A DNA stretch of 27,712 nt, from contig JBHLLF010000033.1 in the NCBI GenBank assembly GCA_048885865.1, positions 1 to 27,712 on the forward strand, given 5' to 3'. Origin of the DNA: Candidatus Hermodarchaeota archaeon (lineage in GTDB: Archaea > Asgardarchaeota > Thorarchaeia > Thorarchaeales > Thorarchaeaceae). This document shows, piece by piece, positions 16,875 to 25,631 of this stretch; the stretch's first letter is position 1; each line of letters opens with the position of its first letter. A program made the position numbers and the translations under genes. Below the pieces are notes generated by a model. It did no database searches, was not told the origin of the DNA, and saw nothing but the letters and a program-made list of their open reading frames with translations.

Positions 16875-16896
16875 CACATAAGCTAGTCGGTGTTTC
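16875..16896 (-). promoter_or_regulatory. Conserved promoter-like element upstream of STAND-TPR copy C
   Basis: Minus strand GAAACACCGACTAGCTTATGTG. The CTTATG ends 48 nt upstream of GTG 16829. Confidence 0.68.
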
Positions 16897-16960
16897 TCCG
16901 GCTGAATAGACCCAAGCATTTAACTATGGTTAATGAAGTAGCGGAACAGGTCATCCAGGA

Positions 16961-18187
16961 ATGAGTGAGCATATTGAACAACCATTTGAGAGCGTAGAAT
17001 CTGGGTCGGGGAGCTACAGATTCATCGAGTTTGCAGCTTACATTCTATTTGGAATTGGTCCACTTGTTGGGAATGCCGTGCTCACTCTATTAGGGCCGAT
17101 TTCCGCTCAGTTCGCTCTTAATCCAACTGCCATTCTTGTAGCCATTCCTGCTTTCATGTTTCCATTTGCATTCATTCAACTGTTCTCTGGAGCTATTTCA
17201 GACATTTACGGACGGGTCCCAGTAATCGCCAGCGGCCTACTTGCATTCATAGCAGGCATCGCACTCATTGCATTCTCGACTTCCATTGAGTTCTTCGCAC
17301 TAGGGCATTTGGTATCCGGAGTGGGCTTTGGATTTACGAATCCAGTGCTTCTAGCTCTCCTTTCGGATTGTGCTATCCCTGAAGAGATTCCCAAGAAGAT
17401 GGGCATAGCTTCGGCACTTGCATCTCTCGGTGTGGGGCTGGGCCCATTCATTGCTGGCCAAATGGTAGTCTTTGGTTGGCAATACTACTACCTCCTGATT
17501 CTGTTGATAGTGTTTCTAGGCCTAATCGCCGTTACAGTGGCTGAGCGGCCTCCAACTCAAGTTCACGGCGAAACGGGAATTCGGGTACTTATTAAAAGTC
17601 TGAGCCTGGAGCTGAGGAAACCTGCTGTTCTTCTGATGCTGTTCACAGGCTTTCTTGTTTCCAATGCGTACTTGGGAACACTCGTCTGGACCTCTCGTGG
17701 ATTGACTGGAGCAATCAATGAAACCCTCACTGGTTTACTTCTTCTGGGAGCCGGCATTTTTGGAGCAACTGCGGGATTGCTATTGAACCGAATGATCAGA
17801 AGGTGGAGTTATGGCATCTCTATTTCAATTGGCATCGTAAGCCTGTTTGCGACCATGACCATCTTCCTTCTGATTGGAGATATCACGACAGCCAGTTCAG
17901 TTCCATGGGTGGGTCTGGCTTTTATTCTCGTGGGCTGGGCAGGTGGCATCCTATTTCCATTATTAATTACCTTCAGTCAAATCATCTCGCCCGAACGACG
18001 CGGAGTCTTGGCAGGAGTTTTGACGTTTGCCTTCTTCCTTGGTGTGGCCCTTATTCCAACTCTGTATGAACCATTGTTCCTGCTTGGAATGACTTCGCTA
18101 TACCTGGGCTTGCTTGGCGTATCTGTGCTGCTTCTGATATTCTATTCAGCGCTCCACTTGAAAGTCAAGAACTTGCATGCAAAATAA
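16961..18187 (+). CDS. MFS transporter (DHA1/drug-efflux-like)
   Basis: 408 aa with about 12 hydrophobic segments. MFS motif A GAISDIYGRVPV, motif C-like GVGLGPFIAG, and PERRG in the second half. Confidence 0.92.
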   Translation: MSEHIEQPFESVESGSGSYRFIEFAAYILFGIGPLVGNAVLTLLGPISAQFALNPTAILVAIPAFMFPFAFIQLFSGAISDIYGRVPVIASGLLAFIAGIALIAFSTSIEFFALGHLVSGVGFGFTNPVLLALLSDCAIPEEIPKKMGIASALASLGVGLGPFIAGQMVVFGWQYYYLLILLIVFLGLIAVTVAERPPTQVHGETGIRVLIKSLSLELRKPAVLLMLFTGFLVSNAYLGTLVWTSRGLTGAINETLTGLLLLGAGIFGATAGLLLNRMIRRWSYGISISIGIVSLFATMTIFLLIGDITTASSVPWVGLAFILVGWAGGILFPLLITFSQIISPERRGVLAGVLTFAFFLGVALIPTLYEPLFLLGMTSLYLGLLGVSVLLLIFYSALHLKVKNLHAK

Positions 18188-18261
18188 CTGGGGTACGTCG
18201 CCGAGTTGCAGAAGTATATACATGATTACAGCCCAAAAGAACTCGTCACAAATCTGGGACC

Positions 18262-19194
18262 GTGACCATCTTGGACTCGATTGACCGAAGTATCCTCTGG
18301 CAGCTAGATGCCAATTGCAGAACAACATATGAAAATCTCTCTCGGAAGTTAGGGATAACCGCGAACGCTGTTAGGAAACGAATAACCAACCTGATTGAAA
18401 GTGGAGTCATAATCCGGTTCATGGTGTTGCCCAGCAATGCATTGATGGACCTCGAGTTTGTTTCTGGAGTCCTCTACACAAACGGTAGTGAAGACCGTCA
18501 GGAAACCGTAGGTATCTTGGGGTCAAACCCTGTTATTCACCATGTCAGCCCGTTGGTCACTGCTCGGGGTGGTGCATACCATTTCTTTGGTCAATACTCT
18601 GGAGCTGAGATGCTTGCCCAGCTTGGTTCCTTCCTTCGTGGACTTCCTCAGACTGAAGAAGTGAAGTTCAATACAGTTCTCTTTCCTCGAGGAGAGAGAG
18701 CGAATTTGACAAAGCGACAGATGCGTGTCCTACGTGTCCTTTTGGATGATCCACGCATGCAAATTAGTGAGATTGCTAGGAAATCTCAACTTCCTGTTCG
18801 AGCGGCACGAAGAGCATTGCAGGAACTTGAAGAGGAAGGCGGAGTCAGGTTCACAGTCAGATGGGATGTTAACACCAGAGGGAATAATTCCTTCTGGGCG
18901 TGTATCGAATGGGATGACAGAACCTCTGAACATTCCCAGATAATTGACTGGCTTCACAAAGAATTTCCAAACGAATATTGGACCTTTTTCGTTGCCGCTG
19001 CGGAACCGCTGGTCTATGCAAGGTTCGTTGTCGACGACCTACTCGATGTGGACCGAATCACAAATCAAATCAAAGATGCTCCATCTGTCAAATCCCTCGA
19101 AACTCTAGTTTGCTATTCCACGTATGATTTCCCATGGTATGGCGAGGCAGTACTAAGGGAGATGCTAGCACAGGAGGGAATTCAGGACTCCTAG
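18262..19194 (+). CDS. Lrp/AsnC-family regulator with duplicated HTH-RAM architecture
   Basis: N-terminal LDSIDRSILWQLDANCRTTYENLSRKLGITANAVRKRITNL and a second HTH, LTKRQMRVLRVLLDDPRMQISEIARK. It is about twice the length of a normal Lrp. Confidence 0.9.
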   Translation: MTILDSIDRSILWQLDANCRTTYENLSRKLGITANAVRKRITNLIESGVIIRFMVLPSNALMDLEFVSGVLYTNGSEDRQETVGILGSNPVIHHVSPLVTARGGAYHFFGQYSGAEMLAQLGSFLRGLPQTEEVKFNTVLFPRGERANLTKRQMRVLRVLLDDPRMQISEIARKSQLPVRAARRALQELEEEGGVRFTVRWDVNTRGNNSFWACIEWDDRTSEHSQIIDWLHKEFPNEYWTFFVAAAEPLVYARFVVDDLLDVDRITNQIKDAPSVKSLETLVCYSTYDFPWYGEAVLREMLAQEGIQDS

Positions 19195-20690
19195 GTATTG
19201 AATTCTACGCTAGGCTTGAAATCGGGTGTCTGCCTGATCTTTGCTACTTGTTCGAATGCATATGCAATCTCGATAAGTTTCGGTTCTTGATATGGCCCAG
19301 AGATGAATGAGATTCCTACTGGCAATCCATGAATATAACCAGCAGGTACTGTAATGCTTGAATAACCCGAGACCGCTGCCAACGATGATGAACCTCCAGA
19401 AAAGTGATCTCCTGTCACATGATCAGTGAGCCAAGCAGGACCACCGGATGGCGCAACAACTGCATCGAGTCGCTTCTCTTTCAAAACAGGATCCAAACCC
19501 TCAGTCTGTGACAGTTTCTTGCATTTCTCCAATGCCTCTACATACTCCTTTTCGTCGAGCGAGCCTTTCTCTTGGCTCTTCAGCATGATATCCTGACCAA
19601 AGAAAGGCATTGCCCTTTCTCTATTAGCTTCATTGAACTCTATGACATCCTTCAGCGATTTCACTGGAGCATCGGGGCCCAAGCTGGCCAAATATGTATT
19701 GAGGTTCTCCTTAAACTCATAGATAAGGACTTCATATTCCGGATCCCACAATTCCTTGGTACTGGGGATTTCGATTGGGTCGACTATTTCAGCGCCCTTC
19801 TCTCTCATGACAATGATGCTATCCTCTATGATTGCATCCACTCGTTCATCGAACCCAAAGAGATTCCTGACAACTCCGATTCGAGCACCCTCAAGTCCAT
19901 TGGAATTGAGAAACTTCGTATAGTCAGTGTGACTCTTGCCTCTGCTCTCCTTTGTGACAGGGTCTTTTGGATCCACACCAGTCATAGCTCCAAGAAGAAT
20001 GGCTGCGTCTGCGACAGATCTTCCCATAGGACCAGCGGTGTCTTGAGAGTGACTGATGGGGACTATTCCCGAACGACTCACCAGTCCAATACTAGGCTTA
20101 ATTCCAACTATCCCATTTGCATGAGAAGGGCATATGACTGAGCCATCGGTTTCAGTACCGACCGCGACAGTGCATAGGTCTGCGGCTACCGCTACAGCAG
20201 ACCCTGAGCTTGAACCACACGGATTTCTGTCTAACGCATATGGGTTGAGTGTCTGTCCTCCCCGACTACTCCAACCACTTGAGGAGTGCTCGGATCTGAA
20301 ATTCGCCCACTCACTCAGATTCGCCTTTGCGAGAATAACAGCTCCTGCTTCTCGCAGTTTCTCAACAACAAATGCGTCTCTCGCGGCCACAAAGCCTACG
20401 AGTGCAAGAGAGCCGGCAGTGGTCATCATCTTGTCTGCTGTATCAATGTTGTCTTTGAGAACAACTGGAATACCATGCATAAGGCTTCTAGGCCCTTTTT
20501 CATTGCGTTCAGCATCCAACTCATCTGCAATGGCTAAAGCATCAGGATTTGGTTCTATAATGGAGTTGAGTTTCGGTCCATTGCTGTCGATTCTTTCAAT
20601 GCGTCCCAGATACCATTCTACTATTCTCCGCGAAGTGAGTCTTCCAGCGTTCATCTCCTCTTGAAGCTGCAGAATATTCTGTTCTTTCAA
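19191..20690 (-). CDS. Amidase-signature family amidase (peptide-amidase-like)
   Basis: GIPVVLKDNID (catalytic Lys), CGSSSGS, GTETDGSV (catalytic Ser), GIKPSIGLVSR and QDTAGPM. The 'LSEWANFR' segment is typical of non-GatA amidases. Confidence 0.93.
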   Translation of the reverse strand: MKEQNILQLQEEMNAGRLTSRRIVEWYLGRIERIDSNGPKLNSIIEPNPDALAIADELDAERNEKGPRSLMHGIPVVLKDNIDTADKMMTTAGSLALVGFVAARDAFVVEKLREAGAVILAKANLSEWANFRSEHSSSGWSSRGGQTLNPYALDRNPCGSSSGSAVAVAADLCTVAVGTETDGSVICPSHANGIVGIKPSIGLVSRSGIVPISHSQDTAGPMGRSVADAAILLGAMTGVDPKDPVTKESRGKSHTDYTKFLNSNGLEGARIGVVRNLFGFDERVDAIIEDSIIVMREKGAEIVDPIEIPSTKELWDPEYEVLIYEFKENLNTYLASLGPDAPVKSLKDVIEFNEANRERAMPFFGQDIMLKSQEKGSLDEKEYVEALEKCKKLSQTEGLDPVLKEKRLDAVVAPSGGPAWLTDHVTGDHFSGGSSSLAAVSGYSSITVPAGYIHGLPVGISFISGPYQEPKLIEIAYAFEQVAKIRQTPDFKPSVEFNT

Positions 20691-20745
20691 ATGAGCAACT
20701 CCGATTAGAATGCGGACGGCATCACTAGGTAATAAGTGAGACCGG

Positions 20746-21852
20746 CTAAGTTCTATCTACAATCTCAGCAATCCTTCTCTTTGCTCCTATAAATCGGCTC
20801 TTTATCATATAGGTGAAAGGGACTTTTATGCTCCCTTCTGGATGAGAAATGACTGGCGCTTCATCGCCCCTTTTATCAGAGAATTCAGCTTGGCGATTGA
20901 CTGTGGGATCTGATGACAAAACAACAATAGTCCCCATTATTAGCAAGACTGGAATAGGAAGCACGATTGTGGGAAATTGAGCTACCAACACTATTCCTGG
21001 AAATGCAGCAATATAGGGGAGAAGAATGCTTGAAAGCCCAATGAGAAGGACTCTGCGTCTTGATATCAAGCCTTTCAGGTATCTTAGTATGGAGAACCCA
21101 AATAGAAGATGTAGCAAGAGGTATGTGAGATAATATAGAGAATCCATTGGTGATAATGAGGAAATGTAAATGTATATTTGATTAACCGGTTGCCATGGAA
21201 CTTCGGGGAATAACATCTCATACCGGGTCATGTAGGATAGGGAAAGAAATGCGTAAGCTGCATTATCCCCCGAAAAAACGGCAGTCAGTCCTACTGGCAC
21301 TAACGTAGTAACAAAACCAATTGCACAAGCTAGGATTCTATGCTTTGCTTGAAAGTCCCGATGACTGGCTTCTCTAATTATGAGAGGAAGGATAATCAGA
21401 ATGGCCATCACTAGCGTTCCGAATCGAAGTAGTTTCCAATCAGGGCCTGTCTGTACCAACCATAATAACTCAGCTGGTGGGAAATGTTCCACGAAGTAGA
21501 TTGTCACTACTGCGGTGCCAAAGTACGCGGCTAACCCAGCGTCTCGGATTGGTTCAGTTGGATTTAGATTCCTGATTTTGCGATTCAACAGGATAGCAGG
21601 TATACAAATTATACAGGCAATGGCCAAGGTCACAGGATTGCTAATTGTCAATGGAGGAATGCTGCTGTCCCTCGAATCATTATAATCCATTAGCACGGAG
21701 CCAACCGAGATATTATAGTAATTATTATAGTAATTACCAAAGTAGGTTATCTCGATGGGAATTATGAAGAGAATGAATATTGCCACTGCCATCTTGACCC
21801 AGAAGGACAGATCTATTGACCTTCCCCCTAGGATGATAGTAAATCTCCTCAC
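20746..21852 (-). CDS. Uncharacterised multi-pass membrane protein (paralog of 5296..6492)
   Basis: About 8 hydrophobic segments and motifs shared with the 5296 ORF. The start is uncertain. I chose in-frame GTG 21852 over 21987 because it matches the paralog's N-terminal length and removes the overlap with the divergent ORF. Confidence 0.75.
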   Translation of the reverse strand: MRRFTIILGGRSIDLSFWVKMAVAIFILFIIPIEITYFGNYYNNYYNISVGSVLMDYNDSRDSSIPPLTISNPVTLAIACIICIPAILLNRKIRNLNPTEPIRDAGLAAYFGTAVVTIYFVEHFPPAELLWLVQTGPDWKLLRFGTLVMAILIILPLIIREASHRDFQAKHRILACAIGFVTTLVPVGLTAVFSGDNAAYAFLSLSYMTRYEMLFPEVPWQPVNQIYIYISSLSPMDSLYYLTYLLLHLLFGFSILRYLKGLISRRRVLLIGLSSILLPYIAAFPGIVLVAQFPTIVLPIPVLLIMGTIVVLSSDPTVNRQAEFSDKRGDEAPVISHPEGSIKVPFTYMIKSRFIGAKRRIAEIVDRT

Positions 21853-22040
21853 TTCCTTAGGATAAATCAAGACTCTGTCTCCGAAGCAGGTTATTGCGCA
21901 GTTGGCTGAAGCTATAGATTTTGAATTCGAAGCATCTCCCAAATGGCTCTCAGATTGATTTGCTTCATGCCTATTATCAATTTCCAATCAAGTCGATTCT
22001 CAATGAAGCTTCTGAGGTTCTAGATTTAGTCAAAAAAGAT

Positions 22041-23750
22041 ATGAAGCATGAAGTCACAAACCGGATAGAGGGCATTGAATTGGTCAGCTCACTCAAGCAT
22101 CTGCTAGAAAAGCTAAGTGCCGATGAAGATCTACAAAACTCTCAAGAATTTCATAAAGCACTAACTAGAGAGATATCCACCGAACTCGATGAGTCCTTCT
22201 TTGAAGATGATGAAGACAACCACGAGATACGTCGGCGAATGAGCCGAATGGAACTGCTAGCTTCATTTGGTGAATTTGCTGGCCTAAGGGACAGTAGTAT
22301 GGTTCAGGAAGCGCTCCTTGGGTTCCTAAACGCGAGAACAGATGAGTTGTTCAACATTCTCAATTCGGATTGGGTAAAGAATGGCGAATTCAGACAGAAG
22401 CTCAGTTCGATTCTTCCAATGACAAGAACCGCAATGGGTGATGATAGATTTTCAGATCATCTCAATGAACTCCAGCCCGCTGCCTTAGATGAATTCGTGG
22501 CGGGAGAAATTGCCAAGATTGTTGAAGAAACAAATCATCGGCGGATGATAATGAATGTCTTCAGAGGAGACCACTTCGCGGAATACGAGAGCATCCAGAA
22601 TGCAGTGGCAGCTGTGACCGAAAAAAGCGACCTGTCTGAAGGATTTCCCTTCTACATCACTAGAGTTTACGGATCACCACCGAAGATGGCAGATTCCCCC
22701 GCAATCAAGGATGCTATTGCAAGAGCGGTTGAGAATGCCGAACATGCTCCAATTGCGATCCTTGACCTTCTTGGTGCTCCTTCTTTACTCCAAGATGATT
22801 CCATCAACTCTGCAGTAGTTGGACTAATTAGAAGAACAAAGGTTCCGTGGGAATATGTAGGAGGGGAAATTCAGGGAGGGCAATTCTTTGAAAATCTAGA
22901 GTCTTACTCTCAAATCGAAGAAGCAATGCTTGAACGTATTCCAGATATGGTTCAAGCAATAAGGAATTCTGAACGACCTTTTGATGTTGTGCAGGATATT
23001 TCGGAGAAGCAGGTGCTTATCACTGATGAAAGGATACAAGCTGCATTAGCTGAACGTCCACAGATTCTCAAAGCTCAGTTTATGGAATATCTCAGGCAGC
23101 TCATGAAACGGGGGCCTAGCGGGAATTATATCAGAAGGACCAATCCGAGACCGGGTTGGATTCTAAAGTATGTAAAAGAAGGATGGGCTTTAGATGCTTT
23201 TTCTGAAGTGCTTGAGGATGAAATTGAGAATCGTAACCTTGTCAATTCCATTCTTCATGTACCAGAGATTCTCAGCGAGCAAAGAACAGGTTTCATGGCT
23301 CACAAACTCCTTCGTTCTCTTATGAGGCATAATGAAACCCTACATCGTCAGAACACATTTCCAAGGATTGCGGATCCAGTACTGGTTGCCAGCTTTGCGT
23401 GTCTCTTGAAGAATCCAGTGTTCGCAAAGAATCAAGAGGACACTGTAGCTAATCTTCTGTTGGAGTTCCCCCTTGCGATAAAAGATGTCAGAGATGTACC
23501 TTCTCTGCGGAAAACCAAACCTATCACGAAAGCAATGGCTGAGTTTCTCTGGAAAAGTGTCCAAATGCTCTTGAGCGGCCACAGAAACGCCCACGTGTTT
23601 GAAGAGGTCCTCAATACCGTACGATTGACAAAGTGGCTATCAAGGGAAAAGGAGATCAAAGTAGTAGTGAAAGAGCTGAAGAAACTGTATGACAAGAATG
23701 ACGTTCTTCGCAGGTTCTATAGACTTGGAAACATACTCAGGATGTTTTAG
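22041..23750 (+). CDS. Hypothetical protein, probable alpha-helical repeat (solenoid)
   Basis: Long open frame (track: 21921..23750, 609 aa; first ATG at 22041). It is soluble and helix-rich, with recurring 'I..A[IVLM]A' helices. The start is uncertain. Confidence 0.72.
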   Translation: MKHEVTNRIEGIELVSSLKHLLEKLSADEDLQNSQEFHKALTREISTELDESFFEDDEDNHEIRRRMSRMELLASFGEFAGLRDSSMVQEALLGFLNARTDELFNILNSDWVKNGEFRQKLSSILPMTRTAMGDDRFSDHLNELQPAALDEFVAGEIAKIVEETNHRRMIMNVFRGDHFAEYESIQNAVAAVTEKSDLSEGFPFYITRVYGSPPKMADSPAIKDAIARAVENAEHAPIAILDLLGAPSLLQDDSINSAVVGLIRRTKVPWEYVGGEIQGGQFFENLESYSQIEEAMLERIPDMVQAIRNSERPFDVVQDISEKQVLITDERIQAALAERPQILKAQFMEYLRQLMKRGPSGNYIRRTNPRPGWILKYVKEGWALDAFSEVLEDEIENRNLVNSILHVPEILSEQRTGFMAHKLLRSLMRHNETLHRQNTFPRIADPVLVASFACLLKNPVFAKNQEDTVANLLLEFPLAIKDVRDVPSLRKTKPITKAMAEFLWKSVQMLLSGHRNAHVFEEVLNTVRLTKWLSREKEIKVVVKELKKLYDKNDVLRRFYRLGNILRMF

Positions 23751-23830
23751 GATTCTCGGAGTCAACGAGAAGAGCGCTTATTGCAGACGATGTGTCAGGA
23801 AACACCTACTAGAAAACTGGTGTACGAGCG

Positions 23831-24622
23831 ATGGTTGAATCAATCGAGGTCCTAGAGGCCACTCCTGAGGACGGCGAAGTCCTTGCAGAGATTTCGAAGA
23901 GAGCCTTTGAGAGTGACGTTGATGTAGGTGCCTCTGTGAAAGGAGGGCCAATGGGATATGACTCAATGGAAGTCCATAGGAAAGACGCGAAGAAAGAGTG
24001 GTTGGATTACCTGAAGGTCCTCTATGAGGGACGGATTGTGGGGGGGATGCGCGTTTACAAGATGCATCCTGGTCATTATGAAATCATGGGTGTCTTTGTC
24101 GACCCTGATTATCATAGAAGAGGAATTGGCCAGCAATCATTCGAGATTGTTATGAAGATGTATCCAGATGCTAAGAAATGGACTCTCGATACCCCAGACT
24201 GGAATATCCGGACAAAGAACTTCTATGAGAAGCTTGGCTTTGTCCAATACGGGGTTATGCGCTGGGAGCCTGACTTTGAGCTTCGAGCTTATGAGTTGCT
24301 TCTTGACCCAGGATTCAAGAGGGATGTCACAAGCATAGGTGAGCTTGTTGATGGCATGAAACAAGTCACTGTAGAGGGAACAGTGGACACCATTCCGCCT
24401 GCAAGGGAAGTAGTTTCAAGAAAGGATGGAAAGACTCACAGGGTTGCTGATGCAAGACTATCGGATGAAACGGGATCCGTTAAGCTAGTCCTATGGAATG
24501 ATGCCATCAGACAAGTGAATCTCGGTGAGAGAATATTGGTGGAGAAGGGGTATACCACATCGTTCAGAGAAGAGATTCAACTCAATTTGAGTAGATTTGG
24601 TAGACTTATCATCTTGCGATGA
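23831..24622 (+). CDS. GNAT acetyltransferase fused to a C-terminal SSB/RPA-like OB fold
   Basis: Acetyl-CoA-binding motif A FVDPDYHRRGIG and motif B NIRTKNFYEKLGF. The C-terminal ~98 aa (IGELVDGMKQVTVEGTV...VADARLSDETGSVKLVLW...GYTTSFREEIQLN) match the single-OB archaeal SSB pattern. Confidence 0.88.
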   Translation: MVESIEVLEATPEDGEVLAEISKRAFESDVDVGASVKGGPMGYDSMEVHRKDAKKEWLDYLKVLYEGRIVGGMRVYKMHPGHYEIMGVFVDPDYHRRGIGQQSFEIVMKMYPDAKKWTLDTPDWNIRTKNFYEKLGFVQYGVMRWEPDFELRAYELLLDPGFKRDVTSIGELVDGMKQVTVEGTVDTIPPAREVVSRKDGKTHRVADARLSDETGSVKLVLWNDAIRQVNLGERILVEKGYTTSFREEIQLNLSRFGRLIILR

Positions 24623-24697
24623 TATACATCTCCACGAACCGAAACACAAATGACCTGCGACTCTCGAGCCTGACAAACCTTAACTTCCAATAATGAT

Positions 24698-25615
24698 GTG
24701 AGATCCTTGGACAATATCGACAAGAGAATCATATTCGCTCTGGACCATGACTGCCGGCTATCGTATCAAGCAATAGCAGACAAGATTGGGCTTACAGCAA
24801 ATGCCGCTAAGAAGAGAATCGCAAAGCTTGTGGAATCAGGCATAATTGATCAATTTCTTGTCACACCATCCTTCGCTATGATGAACGCAGATCTTGTTCT
24901 ATCTATTGTCCAAACTGATGGCACAGAGTACCAGGAGGATCTCATTGAAACCATGGGAAACAATCCATGCGTCGCACAGGTGAGCTCAGTCGCTTGTGGC
25001 ATGGGGGGTCTCTACGCAGTATTTGCTGCCGTAAGTGGTTCAAGGGCTCTCTTGGAGTTTGGTTCTCAGATAAGGAAGCTTGAATCTGTTACCGATGTCG
25101 ACATTCATGTCTTGCACTACCCAAAGGGTAAGAAGGTTAAACTTTCTAAGACGCAAAAGACTGTGCTTCGGTATCTTGTGGAGAATACTCGTGCTACTAT
25201 CGTGGACGTTGCAAAAGCAACAGGGATGACAGCACGAAGAGCACGAAGAGCAATTGACGACCTCAATGAAGGAGAAGGAGTCGATTTCAGTGTTCTTTGG
25301 AATCTCGGTATCGGCGGATTGACTGAGGTTTTTATGAGGATTGCCTGGGATGAGAAGAGCACCAATGCCGATGAAATTGTGGAATGGCTTAAAGAGAAAT
25401 TTCCTGATGAGTTCTGGTCTCCATTCATATCTGCGGTGGCTCCAATCATCTTTGCCAGGTTCGTTGTCAGTGAGATTGAAACCGCGGAAACAATATCAAG
25501 AAATATTAGAAGAGCGCCATTTGTTGACTTGGTAACTTCCTTGGTTCTATACTCCAACAACATCTTCGAGTGGCCCGGAACTATTGAATTGAAGAAACTG
25601 TTAGACAGCCAATAG
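24698..25615 (+). CDS. Lrp/AsnC-family regulator with duplicated HTH-RAM architecture (paralog of 18262..19194)
   Basis: LDNIDKRIIFALDHDCRLSYQAIADKIGLTANAAKKRIAKL and a second HTH, LSKTQKTVLRYLVENTRATIVDVAK. It shares W.....FP.E.W..F and ARFVV motifs with the paralog. Confidence 0.9.
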   Translation: MRSLDNIDKRIIFALDHDCRLSYQAIADKIGLTANAAKKRIAKLVESGIIDQFLVTPSFAMMNADLVLSIVQTDGTEYQEDLIETMGNNPCVAQVSSVACGMGGLYAVFAAVSGSRALLEFGSQIRKLESVTDVDIHVLHYPKGKKVKLSKTQKTVLRYLVENTRATIVDVAKATGMTARRARRAIDDLNEGEGVDFSVLWNLGIGGLTEVFMRIAWDEKSTNADEIVEWLKEKFPDEFWSPFISAVAPIIFARFVVSEIETAETISRNIRRAPFVDLVTSLVLYSNNIFEWPGTIELKKLLDSQ

Positions 25616-25631
25616 CCTCGAGAAGCTTCGC

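Noticed and set aside
16830-16919. 30-aa N-terminal extension of STAND copy C as a possible effector peptide
   Set aside because: It overlaps the conserved promoter-like motif. Paralog alignment and the 48-nt spacing place the start at GTG 16829.
19191-20690. gatA (Glu-tRNA amidotransferase subunit A)
   Set aside because: It lacks the GatA-type DEFAMGS and SDTGGSIRQP motifs (it has SEWANFR and TETDGSVICP instead), and no gatB or gatC is nearby.
21921-21987. Head-to-head overlap of the 413-aa and 609-aa ORFs
   Set aside because: Most likely an artefact of longest-ORF start choice. More plausible starts (21852 and 22041) leave a normal divergent intergenic region.
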